From: Heterodontus francisci
Taxonomy: Eukaryota
Direction of reading: 5' to 3'
Length of the DNA stretch: 64,000 nt
Assembly (NCBI RefSeq): GCF_036365525.1
Contig: NC_090413.1
Coordinates: 26,102,142-26,166,141, forward strand
Numbering within the stretch: the stretch's first letter is position 1; each line of letters starts with the position of its first letter. Shown here in pieces: positions 49,750-62,217 of this stretch. Both the position numbers and the translations under genes were made by a program. The notes below the pieces were generated by a model. That model searched no databases. It saw only the letters and a list, made by a program, of their open reading frames with translations, and was not told the origin of the DNA.

Positions 49750-50566
49750 CTAAAAGACAGACAGAAATCAGCCTCCGTCAACAAGTAAATAGCAGCTGAA
49801 CATCAAAATTGAAAGTCTCTGTCAGACAATTGAAGACTTATTAAAAAAACAGACTAAGCACAGATCAATGTTTTAACTTTAATAAGGAACGGCACAGCAC
49901 TTTCATTGTCACTCCCAGTCTCATTCATTCTTTTAGCCTCTGCACTCGGAGACACAGACTCAGTTCCAGAGAAGCCCACACTGCTCCTGTACCTCAAACA
50001 ACGGCCTATTCTTTGTACTTGAGTCTATGGGGGAATATGGGGGTAATTCTGCAATCTGGTGCTCCCAGTGAGGAGTGACACTCGCTGGGAGCTCATCGAC
50101 AGGAATTACACCTGTGTTAAGCTTAAATTAGTGCTGGAAAAGCTGAGGCTACACCTCTTCAGAGGGAATTTTACTAACAGCTTATCCAGTAGCCAATAAA
50201 GAAATAATAATTGCTAGTGCAGCCAGACTGCATCCCTCTGTGGGCAGTTTTTCGAAGAAGAACAAGGGAGTTGTCTCCAATGTCCTGGCAAATATATATC
50301 CCTCATTGAACGTCACTAAAACAGCTGGTCTGGCTATCATTGCTGTTTGTGGGATCTTGTTGTGTGAAAATTGGCTGCCACGTTTTCTACATTACAACAG
50401 TGACTGCACAAAGTATCTAATTGCCTGTGAAGTAGAAATTCCATGCTGTTTTTCATGATCCTTCTCCTTAACTTTGGCGGATGAACGTGAGAGAAACAGC
50501 GAGACCAGCCATTTCTCCAGGATTTCCACCAAACCTATGGCAAGAGATCGGGAGAGCTTCCCCAGT

Positions 50567-50870
50567 CACAGCTCCAGGGACCCGGGTTCAATTCTGGGTT
50601 CTGCCTGTGTGGAGTTTGCAAGTTCTCCCTGTGACCGCGTGGGTTTTCGCCGGGTACTCCGGTTTCCTTCCACAGCCAAAGACTTGCAGGTTGATAGGTA
50701 AATTGGCCATTATAAATTGCCCCTAGTATAGGTAGGGGAATATAGGGAAGGTGGGGATGTGGTAGGAATATGGGATTAGTGTAGGATTAGTATAAATGGG
50801 TGGTTGATGGCCGGCACAGACTCGGTGGGCCGAAGGGCCTGTTTCAGTGCTGTATCTCTACATAAAAATA
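50567..50870 (+). mobile_element. 5'-truncated HE1-type V-SINE
   Basis: Begins at cacagctccagggacccggg; the rest matches the consensus. Confidence 0.85.
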
Positions 50871-51010
50871 AATAAAATTCCACACCATAGAGCTTGAAAA
50901 TGATATGATGCAAACAGCAGAAACGGTTGTAGAGCCCAGCCAGTTTTCATTCCGCTGTCCTTGTGTGTCAGTCACAAGTAGTTTCTGTCCAGTTAGTATG
51001 GAGTACTTAC

Positions 51011-51136
51011 CGCCTGAAAGGCCAATCATGAGCAGAATAAAAGTCATGAAGAAAGAGATGCCCAGAATCAGGAAGAGGAAACAAGCTTTTCCCCATACAA
51101 TTGGCAATTCTCCACATGAAAGTTTTCTTCCACAAC
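51011..51136 (-). CDS. C-type lectin exon 2 (transmembrane signal-anchor)
   Basis: ttttaag|CGRKLSCGELPIVWGKACFLFLILGISFFMTFILLMIGLSG|gtaagt. 126 nt, phase 1-1, with a hydrophobic helix of about 23 residues. Confidence 0.85.
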
Positions 51137-52106
51137 CTTAAAAATAAAAGTTAGATGAACAGTTTATTTGTAGCTCAATAACGTTTAGTGATAACACTAC
51201 AATTCCCATTCCCAACAGTGCACCTCACTCCCAGGGAACACAGATTGACCCACCGTGTTCTCGGCCTCTCCCTGACCTCTGCTCCCAGCCAGCTGACCAC
51301 TGGGGGTGTGGGATCCCTGAATTACTAGTTTGCCTAACGGCTTCAGTGTCTTACACTCTTGGTCAAGCAACCATATCCTTGGATCATTTGGAACTAGGTC
51401 CAGAAATCAATTGCCCAACATGCAGATCAGTGTCTCTAGAATGTTTCACATTGTATGCGAAGTTTTCCTCAGTTTTTTGGATTTATACCTCCATGCGGCA
51501 GGCATTAAGTCATTGGGATCAATAATCAAATGTTTTATAACTTCCTAGTTCATACTATTCACCAGATTGACAGCATAAGAAGCCACAGGTGCTTTTTTGA
51601 TGAGGAGGGTGCAAGTTGTTCCATCATAGATATCAGATGTGATTAAACTGACATGTACTTTAGATGTACAGGAACAGATAGCGAAGATACACACAAACTG
51701 TGTGTATAGTACCATATGTAATTCGAATGTCTCTGGTTTATCATTCTGCAGAAAGCACTGCAGCAACTCCCCAAGGTTTCTTCGTCAGCACTTCCCAAAC
51801 CCACAACATATACTGCCGAGAAGACAAGGGCAGCAGACTCAAAGGAACACCACCACCTCCAAGTTTCCCTCCAAACGACTCACCATCCTGACGTGGAACT
51901 ATATCGCCATTCCTTCACTGTTGCCGTGTCTAAAATCCTGCAACTCCCTCCCTAACAGCACTGTGCGTGTACCTCCACCACATGGACTGCGGCAGTTCAA
52001 GAAGACGGCTCATCACCACCTTCTCAAGGCCGATTAGGCAAAGGCGATAAATGCTGGTCTAGCCAGTGATGCCCACATCCCGAGAAAGAAAAAAAAATGT
52101 GTATAG

Positions 52107-53039
52107 TGCGACGACTGAGGCAGGAGGAGTGCACTGTCTTTTCTAGTTCCACTTCTCCACAGGTCACAACATATATTTAAATGTTTACCCTGTCAATCAT
52201 AGACTCTACTCTCTACCCCAGAATAAAAGCACCAATCAGGTTTCTTTAATAAACAACAAAATTATCAGTTTATTATGAAACAAGATTTATCTGGCAACAA
52301 AGCAAAGTCTTAGCACACAGATTGAGATATGAAAGTTCCCTTTTTAAACCCCACACACAAACTCACACACACTCTGCAAAAATACAGAAGTTGTCTCTAC
52401 AGAACTCTGTTACAAAAAAAAGACAAAAAAAGAATACTTTGGCCAAATACTTGCTAATTCTTGAAGAAAAAAAGAGGAGATATGGAAAAATGTCTGTCAT
52501 CCCTTTTGGTCTGGCGTCTGGGTATACGGTGACGGGTCACTGGGATCTTTTCTAAAGCAGTTCTTTTCAGGCGGCATTGAGAATTAATCTGACAGGTCTT
52601 TTCAGGAGAGATGCAGCACCAGGGATTTTAGCTCTCCCACACTGGATCTTTGCAGAGTTTCTTCAAAGAGGTAGAGAAAGAGGTGAGCTGGGTGGTCTTT
52701 CCTTGGAAAGTTGAAATCCAACTGTCTTCAAAACAGTTCACATCCCAATTGACTGGAAAACAATATCCAAACCCCAAACAGAAAGTCAACCTCCTGACCT
52801 CCATAAATCTTGACATATGACTTCTCTGTAAACATCTTCCCCAGGTCACTAAGGTTTCTATTGTTTATTGAGCTTAAAGCACATGATTGCCAGCAAAGGT
52901 TGTTTACAAACAACATCTGAAGTGTCCTTTCAGTGAACTTGGTAAAAAAAAACGCATTCATGGAATCTTTTCAGTTTTAAAACCCAAGTCCTCAACAAAA
53001 AATAATTTTTTTTTTTAAAATGGAAGCAGTTTTGTAATA
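52107..53039. mobile_element. Solo LTR with 4-bp TSD in lectin intron 1
   Basis: atag|TGCGAC...TTGTAATA|atag; the terminal CA has decayed to TA. Confidence 0.7.
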
Positions 53040-56000
53040 ATAGCCTATGTATACTCTTAGAAACAGCCCTTTTGGGTTGTCCAGTCTGTGCTGAGTTATC
53101 TATTCTCACCACTTTGCTGCTCACTCCCCTCATCCTCTTTTTGATGAAACTGTTGAATTCCCCTTTCAAAGAATTTAGCAGCTCTACATCAACAGCAGTT
53201 TATGGTCAGGAACACCACATTCAAAACACCCTCTGTCTAAAGACATTTCTTTCTAACCACGCATTAATTATTTTCAGAATTATCTTCAACCTGAACCTCC
53301 TACATGAAATTCTGACTGGACGTGGAACCAATCTATGCATATGCTTTAGCAGTGAGACACTCACTAGCCATACACTGTCAAAAATAAATGCAGATTCGGA
53401 AACAAGAAGAAGAAATAGTAAGAGTCCCTGGGATCTTAGTCATTTGACACTGCTATGTGGCCCAAATCCTAGGCTTTGTTTTCACTGGCAGGAGGGTTGG
53501 TAACCAGTGGATGCAGATTTAAGAGAATTGGCAAAACAAGCCAGGAGGAGATGGGGAGAGTTTTTTTTACACAGTGAGTTGGTGTGATCGGGAACGCACT
53601 TTCTGCAAGTGCGGTGGAAGCAGATTCAATAACAACTTTCAAAAGGGAATTAGATACATACTTAAAAAGGAAAAGAATTGCAGGACTATGGGGAAAGAGC
53701 TGGGCGAGTGGGACTAATTAGATAGCTCGTTCAAAGAGCTAGCACAGGCACAATGGGCCAAATGGCCTCGTTTTGTGTGCTCATGAATCCATGTGTTATT
53801 GGTAGTATAAGTTTAGGGAGGAATCTTGGCCAGGACACTGGGAGAACTCACTACCCTTCTTCAGATAGCATCGCACAATTCTAAAGGTGATTTGGTGAGA
53901 GGAAAATCACAGTAAAATCATTTCCTGATATATACTGTCAGTAAGCTCAATGCTCTGACATGAATTATAAAAAAGGACTTTGAAAATAAAACAAGAATCA
54001 GAGGTTTCTGTGAAAATATGAAATAATTTAAGAATAATATCATTGGCCCTTACTAAGGGGCTAAATCTGCTTTTAAATATTAATGACACATTTTGCAAAG
54101 ACCATAGACAGTTTTCATTAAAGCAGGGAAGGCTTACAGGATGATTTAAAAGAAGTGTTTAAAATTATAAAGGGATGGAACAGGTTCGACTGTTTCCAGT
54201 AGTTGAGGGATCTTGAATGAGAAATCAATGTTAGGTTGATTTAGGAAAGAGAGCAAGAGATTGTTTTTTTACACAGAGAGTTGCCAGACTGTGGAATGCA
54301 CGGCTGGAGTTAATGATTGAAGCAGAGACCATATCAGCATAAAATAAGCTAAAAGAAAAGGGGGGTAAAAGGTTATGGGAACATGGAATTAGGATCAATG
54401 CTGATATGGAGGACAAACGCAAGCATGGACTAGTTGGGCTGAATGCCCTGTCTCTGCACTATAATATCTATATAATATATGAAGATAAAGAAAAGACATG
54501 TGCTAAGGTTCGTACCTGGGGAATTATACTGTGCAAAGACGTTTGACGCTTTTGGGAATAAATTTGGGGAGGTTTGTCCCATTTTGACCACTGTAACTTC
54601 AGCGGAAATCCCGGAGAGATGGAGCAAAGGTGGCTTAGCCCTGTGGTCCTGAGTTTTCTGTGCCAAACCTTTGGCCGGAGGAGCAGAAATCACCCTCCTC
54701 CCCCCAAAAAACCCACCCAGAAATTCAACCACTGCTGATTTTAATGGGACCAAAATAGAGTGGGTTCGATAATAGACGGGCGAGACGCCCAGGCTGTGAA
54801 GTCAAAAATGATTTCCTCACCATCCCTTTCATCTTACTGTATCATGAAAGTAAAACTTGATAAAGCTGCTTTTAAATTCAGAACTCAAAACCCAACTTTT
54901 GTATCTTGAGATCCGTCCCATCCGAATGAACGCACATAGTTTGAAGGTCCCCTGATGTGAATGAGGTTCAGTTTGAATTTATAAATTCTACCACAATTCA
55001 AAATAAGGAATATTATCTAATGAGTTATTTTAATTATAGCTCCATAGAAATATTGACCCACCCTCTCTCTCCCCCCTCTCTCAGGTCATGACTGGCCCGC
55101 TTTGAGTTCCTTAGTTGTATTTATCTCTTAGAAAGTTTGTGCTGATCTGGACACATGTTACTTTAGCTCCAATCTTAAACGTTAGATAAACTTATGCAAT
55201 GTAGGAATTTTAACAATTTCGGTGGTACCAGTCTTACACCAAGAATAAATGAATGCTGATGTTAATCGCATTTAATAAGCTAGAGATGTTTCTGCTTCCT
55301 AACTTAAATTTTCCCCACCAGCATCTGGATAGTAATCTGATAGGGAGATTTCTGACCTTTACTCAACACCCACCTCAATCTGATATTCAGTTCTTCGAGA
55401 TTGTAGGATAAAACCGAGTGAGATTAACAACCACCCTGTCATCCCCTCAATTTGTGCTTCTTTTAACGTTTTCACATCATGGAGAAACACTTCAAAAAAA
55501 AACTTATTCATCAGTTAAAGGCTATTCAGTAATATTTCACATTGATCCCCATTCTTTTTTATTTACCAAGTGATTCATTAACTTAAATAAATGTCTTCTA
55601 ATCAATTCCTTTCTTCGGACTAAATGTCAGTAAAATTCCTCAGTGAGGAATAACTAAACCCCTGGTGATACTTCAAATATCATTTATTTTAAAAGACTGA
55701 AGTATTTCCATTCTTTCAACAACATATTCGAAGGTGTGACCTTCATCTAAGCAAATGTTGTCCTTTTAGATATTGGAGCCATCAAGCCAGAATATGTCAG
55801 TGGACTTAACTCAAAGCAATCTCATCCGTTTGCAAATCTCTCAGCCCAAAAGGGCTGTATTCTGAAAAGAGGAGGGGAGGTATCTTTCACTATCCATAAA
55901 CAATGGAGAAGAGAAGCTGGGATAATCTGAAGATAGGATGGAAAGTCCAGGAGTGTCTCAATATCTGAACAGAATTCTTCAAAGTAGAGCAGACTGCTCT

Positions 56001-56740
56001 TACTGTTGATAAAAAATATGATTAAAATCAAATTTATTTTAATAATATATATCATTTTAATGGCATAAGCAGAGAAGGTTAAGGAGAGATTTAATAGAGG
56101 GCTTCAAAATTATGAAGGGTTTTGATAGAGTAAATAGGGAGAGACTGTTTCCACTGGCAGGAGGGTCAATTACCGGAGGATACAGATTTAAGGTGATTGG
56201 CAAAAGAGTTAGAGGAGAGATGAGGAGAATTTTTTAAAGCCGTGAGTTGTTGTGATCTGGAATGCGCTGCCTGAAAGGGCAGTGGAAGCAGATTCAATAG
56301 TAATGGTTCATAAAGCGCAGAAGGAAGCCATTCAGCCCATTGTGTTTGTGCCAGCTCTGATAGAGCTATCCGATTAGCCTACTCCCCTGCTCTTTCCCCA
56401 TAGCCCTGCAAATTTTTCCTTTATTTATTTATTCAATTCCCTTTTGAAAGTTACTAATGAATGTGCTTCCACTGCCCTTTCAGTCAGTGCATTCCAGATC
56501 GCAACAACTCGCTGAGTTGAAAATATATGTCCCCCTGGTATTTTTGCCAAATAATTTAAAATTCAGTGTCCACTGGTTACCAACCCTCCTGCCACTGGAA
56601 ACAGTTTCTCCCTTTCATCTCTATCAAAACCCCTCAGAAATTTGAACTGCTCTGTTAAATCTAATGGGGCCTCTGATTTCCTGCAGCAGATTTCTTGCTG
56701 TAAAACGAGTATATCCTGCTGCTTGTGAGCCACTCCTTAC

Positions 56741-56870
56741 CTTGTTTAACTTCATATACCTGCTCTTGATTGCAACGTTGCCTGTGGCTGTAGAAGTTGT
56801 TGTAGGTGCTATCATTGTCCGCGGTCCCTCGGAGAATGTGGAAGTTACTGTAAGTTGGCTCGTGAGACAT
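56741..56870 (-). CDS. Type II C-type lectin receptor, coding exon 1 (cytoplasmic tail)
   Basis: MSHEPTYSNFHILRGTADNDSTYNNFYSHRQRCNQEQVYEVKQ(G)|gtaagg. 130 nt, phase 1, matching the next exon. An upstream acceptor (ctctccatag|, 56914) implies a 5'UTR exon; candidate donor at 57106. Confidence 0.7.
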
Positions 56871-59754
56871 GGATGCAGACAGGGCTCAATTCCAGATGAG
56901 TCTAGTCAAAAGAACTATGGAGAGAAAGAATATTCAGTCATCACCAAGATGCCAGAAGAGAAGTCAGTCTGGGGTTTTTTTCTGAACAGGTGGGCAGGGT
57001 ATTTTTATTTTGTCCTTTGCATCAAACTTTGCTCTGAACGCACTCTTCTATGATAGGTTCAGTGGAAGCTGATGTTATCTCCTGCATTTCCTGTGACTCA
57101 CTTACCTCAATGATGTACGAAAAAAAAAAGGCACCGCTATCAACCAAGATTGCTCCATGTCTCTGCTGTACATCAGTTTTACACATCCTTATTTTGTTTA
57201 TATCCCTTAACATGGGGGGAGAGGTTGGCGCTCTGTAACCTGTTTCAGCATCATGTGGGTGTGCTTCCCAATGGAGTCCGTTGTGAGTTAGATAACTGCC
57301 CTGTCCTCGCAACACACTTAGGCCCAATCTCAGAGCAGCATGCTCAACTGAGGAAAGGGGTCTGGCCTTTAGCAACTGTATGGGGGTGGGATTCTGACCT
57401 TTAGTACCCATGTCCCATAATTAGTGAGTGGGTCACGCATGATTCAATTGCTTCAGAGCCAGGCAAAGTTGTACCTAACCCACATTTCCAACTCCCAATC
57501 AACTTGGTGCTTTTTGGAGAGCTTGAACTATACCATTTCCACCAATAGAATCACAGCACAGAGTGAGTCCCATTGTGTTTGTGCTGACTGTTTGAAAGGG
57601 CTATCCAATTAGTCCCACACCATTGCTCTTTCCCCAAACTTTTCAACCCTTTCCTGTTCAAGTATTTATCCAATTCCCTTTTGAAAGTTACTATTGAATC
57701 TGCATTCCATCACCCTTTCTGGCAGCACGTTCTAGATCGCAACAGCTCGCAACTCATTTCCGCTCTGCTTCTTTTGCCAATTATCTTAAATCTGTGTTCT
57801 CTGGTTACCGAACCTCCTGTCAGCGGAAACAGTTCCTCTTTATTTACTCTTGATAATTTTTAACCCCTCTATTAAATCTCTCTCGAATCTTCTCTGCTCT
57901 AAGGAGAACAATTTCACCCCCTGAACATCTCTCCCTCCTTATTTAACTCCTTCTCCCCTTCCCTGCTCCGTTACCTCTCTCCCCTTAATATTTTTCCCTT
58001 TTTTCTGCTCTTCTATTTTAAATCTCGGTTTGAGTCGCTTTTTCAAGCCCACTGCAATCTGGTCAAAGTTACGAATGATGTACTGGATTTTGCGGAGGAG
58101 GCAGGGTTCCTGGCACTGGGCCGAAAGGGCGGCGGGACCCCCCTGTCAGCCTTTTCACGCCCTCCACCCCCCCTCCCCCAGCAGTGCCACCGGCACCAGT
58201 GGCCAACGCTGAAACCCCGGATCTCAGGTAGGTGAGGCGGGCTCGCTGGGGCCAGCCCGGACGCCCCGGTGAGGGAGGTGGGGGTTAGTCGTCCAGGGGG
58301 AGGGTGTTCTGGGAGGTGTATTGTTTTTCAGTTGGGACCTCCTCTCCCACAACCCCAAGCCCGCAGGGTGTGCGCCTCATTTTACAAGGCACCCTCCCCA
58401 TGTGGCGGACGGCCCTCTCCCGTCACTGGTTAGATCCCAGGGGTGGGGGGGTGGGGGGTGGTGAAAGGCCCTGAAGTGGCTATTAATAGGCCACTTAAGG
58501 GCCTCAGTTGGCCTCTGGGCAGGAAGGCCATCGTCAGCCTATCCCACCCCTGGGTCAATTGCTTGGCGAGGGCTCTCCGATCCCCCCACTCCCCCTCCAC
58601 CACCCGTCGTGAATCTATGGGCCCCCCCTCCTCCGACCCCACCTCATGGGGGCCCATGAAATTCAGCCGGATATCTTTACCTCTCCTCAATCTTTTGGAA
58701 CTCTGCATGGCCTTTCAGTATGAGCAGGCATGTCATTCCTTCTCCAATGACCCCCTTCTGCAGTGTGAGCAAAGGTCATCGACTTAGCCATCAAATCTCT
58801 TGTGTCACATTGGGCATGCATGAAGGTTCCATCTGCTCCAAGGTCCCATGGGTGTTCATAGCTCTTCACCATCTTCACCAATGAGCAAGATGAAGGCATC
58901 GGGCAAAGTGTTCACCAGTTCAGAGATGATACAAAGATAAACGGGAGTAAGGAGTCAGATATGAAAATTGTCTGCAGCCATGAATAGGGAAAGGGCCTGT
59001 ATCTGCAAGATGGCTGTGGCTATAGCTAAATCTGGAACTACAAACATGTTTATACCTTCTATTGACTCCAGGTCAAAATGGAGATTGGTAGATTTTTGTT
59101 AGGCAAGAGTATTTACAGAACTAAGACAGGTCGATGGAGTTAATATACAGATCAGCCAGGATTTTATTGAAGGCTCGAGTGGCTGAATTGTCTCCTCATG
59201 TTCCTATGCCGCTCCATAATTTCGGTAAAAATGTCCCCACTTTATAATCGGCTCACCTTTTTCACACAAAATGATGAACCATCACAGCATGGATAAAAGA
59301 GAGAGGGGAATTGTAAAGGAGAGAGGAAATGATTAGAGAGGGAGATAGTTCAATTGTCGGAGTTTTAGCTTGCATTGGGATAGTAATGTGAGGGATATGT
59401 TGCAACAATATCTCCAGATACAGAAAGAAAATTCCTCTTGAGACTTACCTGTGTTTGAAACCCCTGGGACTGGCGCAACTTTTCAGACTGTGGGTAAAGG
59501 TGTAAACCAGATATAGCCCCAAGCCTAATTTTTTTGGCAATTCCCCTGATGCAGTGCCAAGATTGATATGTTATCTAATCACATATATATATAGATTATA
59601 TTTGCTAAGGAAACTGCAGAATTAATGTTAAATGTACAACCATCTTTTTTTATTACTTGTTTGAATAGTCATCTATGATGTCAAAAAAGTTTCAGGTAAA
59701 CCTAAGGCTAAGTGGTAACGTACACATGATTAGTCTGTGCTCGGTTGCCCTCGC

Positions 59755-59856
59755 AAAATGGTGGCCACACATCATAAGCTTGCAAAATGGTGGCTACATG
59801 TCAGGTAAACTTCACAAAATGGTGGCTACATGTCAGGTAACCTTCACAAAATGGTG
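59755..59856. repeat. Short tandem repeat of about 32 bp, 3+ copies
   Basis: caaaatggtggctacatgtcaggtaa(a/c)cttca repeated. Confidence 0.8.
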
Positions 59857-61401
59857 TTTCACGTCTATGTACTGCCAACTGACACCAATGTTTGCTGACG
59901 AAAGCTTTCTAAATCTTCAGAAAGAATGACAAATAGAGAATAAATAATATACAACTAATTGAATAGTTGAGATTTTTAAACTAATCTCAATTTGCACAAA
60001 CTGGTGAAAATTAAACCTTTCTATACCTCCTGTAACAGCAGTGCCTGGTGTAATAGAGCTAAAATCACGCAGTTTGGTACGCACTTTCTGTGTAACATCA
60101 ACCATCTCCGCCCCTGCTTCAGCCCATCTGCTCCTGAAACCCTCATACGGTTCCTCTGTTACCTCCAGACTCGACGATTTCAATTTTGTGTTGACTGGCC
60201 TCCCATCTACTGCCCGCTTTAAAATCATTCAAACTCTGCTGCCGTATCCTAACTCGTACAAAGTCCCCGTTCGCCCATCACTCCCGTGCTTGCTGACCTA
60301 CATTGGCTCTTGGTCCGGTAATGCCTCGATTTTAAAATTCTCATCCTTGTGTTTGAATCAGTCCATTGCCTCATTCCTCTCTATCTCTGTAACTTACTGC
60401 AGCCCCACAACCCTCTAAGATCTCTGCACTCTCCCGATTCTGGCTTCTCACACATTCCCGATCTCCTTCAACCCTCCACTGGTGGCTATGCTAACAGTGC
60501 CCAGGTCCTAAGCTCCAGAATTTCCTCCATAATTATCTCATTGAATGGGAGAACAAACTCAGGAGGTTAAATGGCCTACTCCTGTCCCTTTGTTCCTTTC
60601 CACTTCTCTACTTCTCTCTCCTTGAGGATTCTGCTTATAAGTTACCACCCTGTCCTAAATATATGTCTTGGTGTTAAATTTCTGTCTGATAATGCTCCTA
60701 TGAACTAACTTGCAATATTTTACTCTGTTAAAGATGCTATATAAATGCAGGTTATTGCTGTTGTGTGGCACTTAATCTTCTATGCTCAAGGAATAAAAGC
60801 CCAGCTCATGAAAGCACGTCCTCAAAACATATTACAAAATGAACAATGTAAACCTTTGCTCGATCTATCAATACAGACAGACACAGAACCTGCCATTACA
60901 ATTGCAAAATATAATGCTTTCACTTCTACAATATCCTGACATTTTAACACATGTAAAACTCACAATATTATACAAAAGTACAGGAATATTACATTGGCAT
61001 TGTTTATCAAAACGTCATCTCCTCAAAGTGTCCCCTCTCTGAGTCACACAACCATCCTGACTTGGACATGTATCGACAGTCCTTTCATGCTGCTTGGTCA
61101 GGGATATCCTTACCTAACAGCATTGTGGGTGTACCTACACCACATGGACTGCAGCTGTTCAAGAACCCAGCTCACCACTACCACCTTAAGGGATGGGTAA
61201 TAAATGCCCGCCTTTGCTAGTGACATCTTTGTCCCGAGAACTAATTTTGTTCTAACGTCCCGATTTAGAGCAAGATCCGGTGCATAAATTGCACCCTCAT
61301 TCTTATTTTTTATGTTTTTCCAATATGAGACAGTGACTGGGTGGCTGATAGTAGGAAATTGGCCCAAACACCATTTCTGAACAGACTGGAGTAACTTATA
61401 T

Positions 61402-61615
61402 AAAAACAAGAAATGCTGGAACCACTCAGCAGGTCTGGCAGCATCTGTGAAAAGAGAAGCAGAGTTAACGTTTCGGAGTTCCGAAGAAGGGTCACTGACC
61501 CGAAACGTTAACTCTGCTTCTCTTTTCACAGATGCTGCCAGACCTGCTGAGTGGTTCCAGCATTTCTTGTTTTTGTTTCAGATTTCCAGCATTCGCAGTA
61601 TTTTGCTTTTATTAT
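61402..61615. mobile_element. Penelope-like fold-back remnant with a perfect 75-bp inverted repeat
   Basis: Arms 61402-61476 and 61500-61574 are exact reverse complements with a 23-nt loop. Degenerate TSD tggagta(a/g)ctt. Confidence 0.75.
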
Positions 61616-62217
61616 TGGAGTAGCTTTTATATGTGGCTGTTCTTTCAAAATCTAGCTGCTGAAATTTGCGAGAAATAGAGAGAAGGCTCTCAAGTTGCAA
61701 ACAAATAACATGAAAAGCACTGAAGTAAATAAATCTAACAGTCTACCTAATCATTGCAATGTGACTCACTGTATTCTAGGTTGTGTCTTGTAATCCCATT
61801 AATCTGACCTCAGTTATGCTGATAGAGTGATAGGTTGGGAAGAGGCTCGTGTGAAGCAGAAACATGGACCAGTTGGGCCGAATGGCCTGTTTCTGCACTG
61901 CACATTGCCTGTAATTCTGTGTATTTGATGAATCCAATGGCCCCAAATCTGGTCACCATTCTTGACCTGCTGATAAAGATTGGCCGATCCACTGCCAACA
62001 TTTCCCAACACCACTGAGAGCCCCCTAAAGATGTCGATAGACTGTATTCAAGGCTGTCCTCATGCACAATGAACAATATATACCTTTAAAGAACACATGA
62101 ATGTGTAACCACATGTTCCAACTGAAGAAGGATTACAAAAATATATATATATATATTTTAGAACTTTCTAATGTCATTTCGGTGGGGAAACCACAATCAC
62201 AAAGAGAGAGAAAGTTC

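Larger units (their letters stand above)
43245..50252. repeat. Intragenic tandem duplication: 43245-47415 (LINE-interrupted) versus 49026-50252
   Basis: About 1.2 kb is nearly identical once the 43729-46640 LINE is removed. Each copy carries one A and one B neck exon. Confidence 0.92.

Noticed and set aside
55805-55861. Possible extra cytoplasmic lectin exon (EYSPFGLRDLQTDEIAL) after a good acceptor
   Set aside because: No convincing donor before the in-frame stop; not needed to maintain frame.
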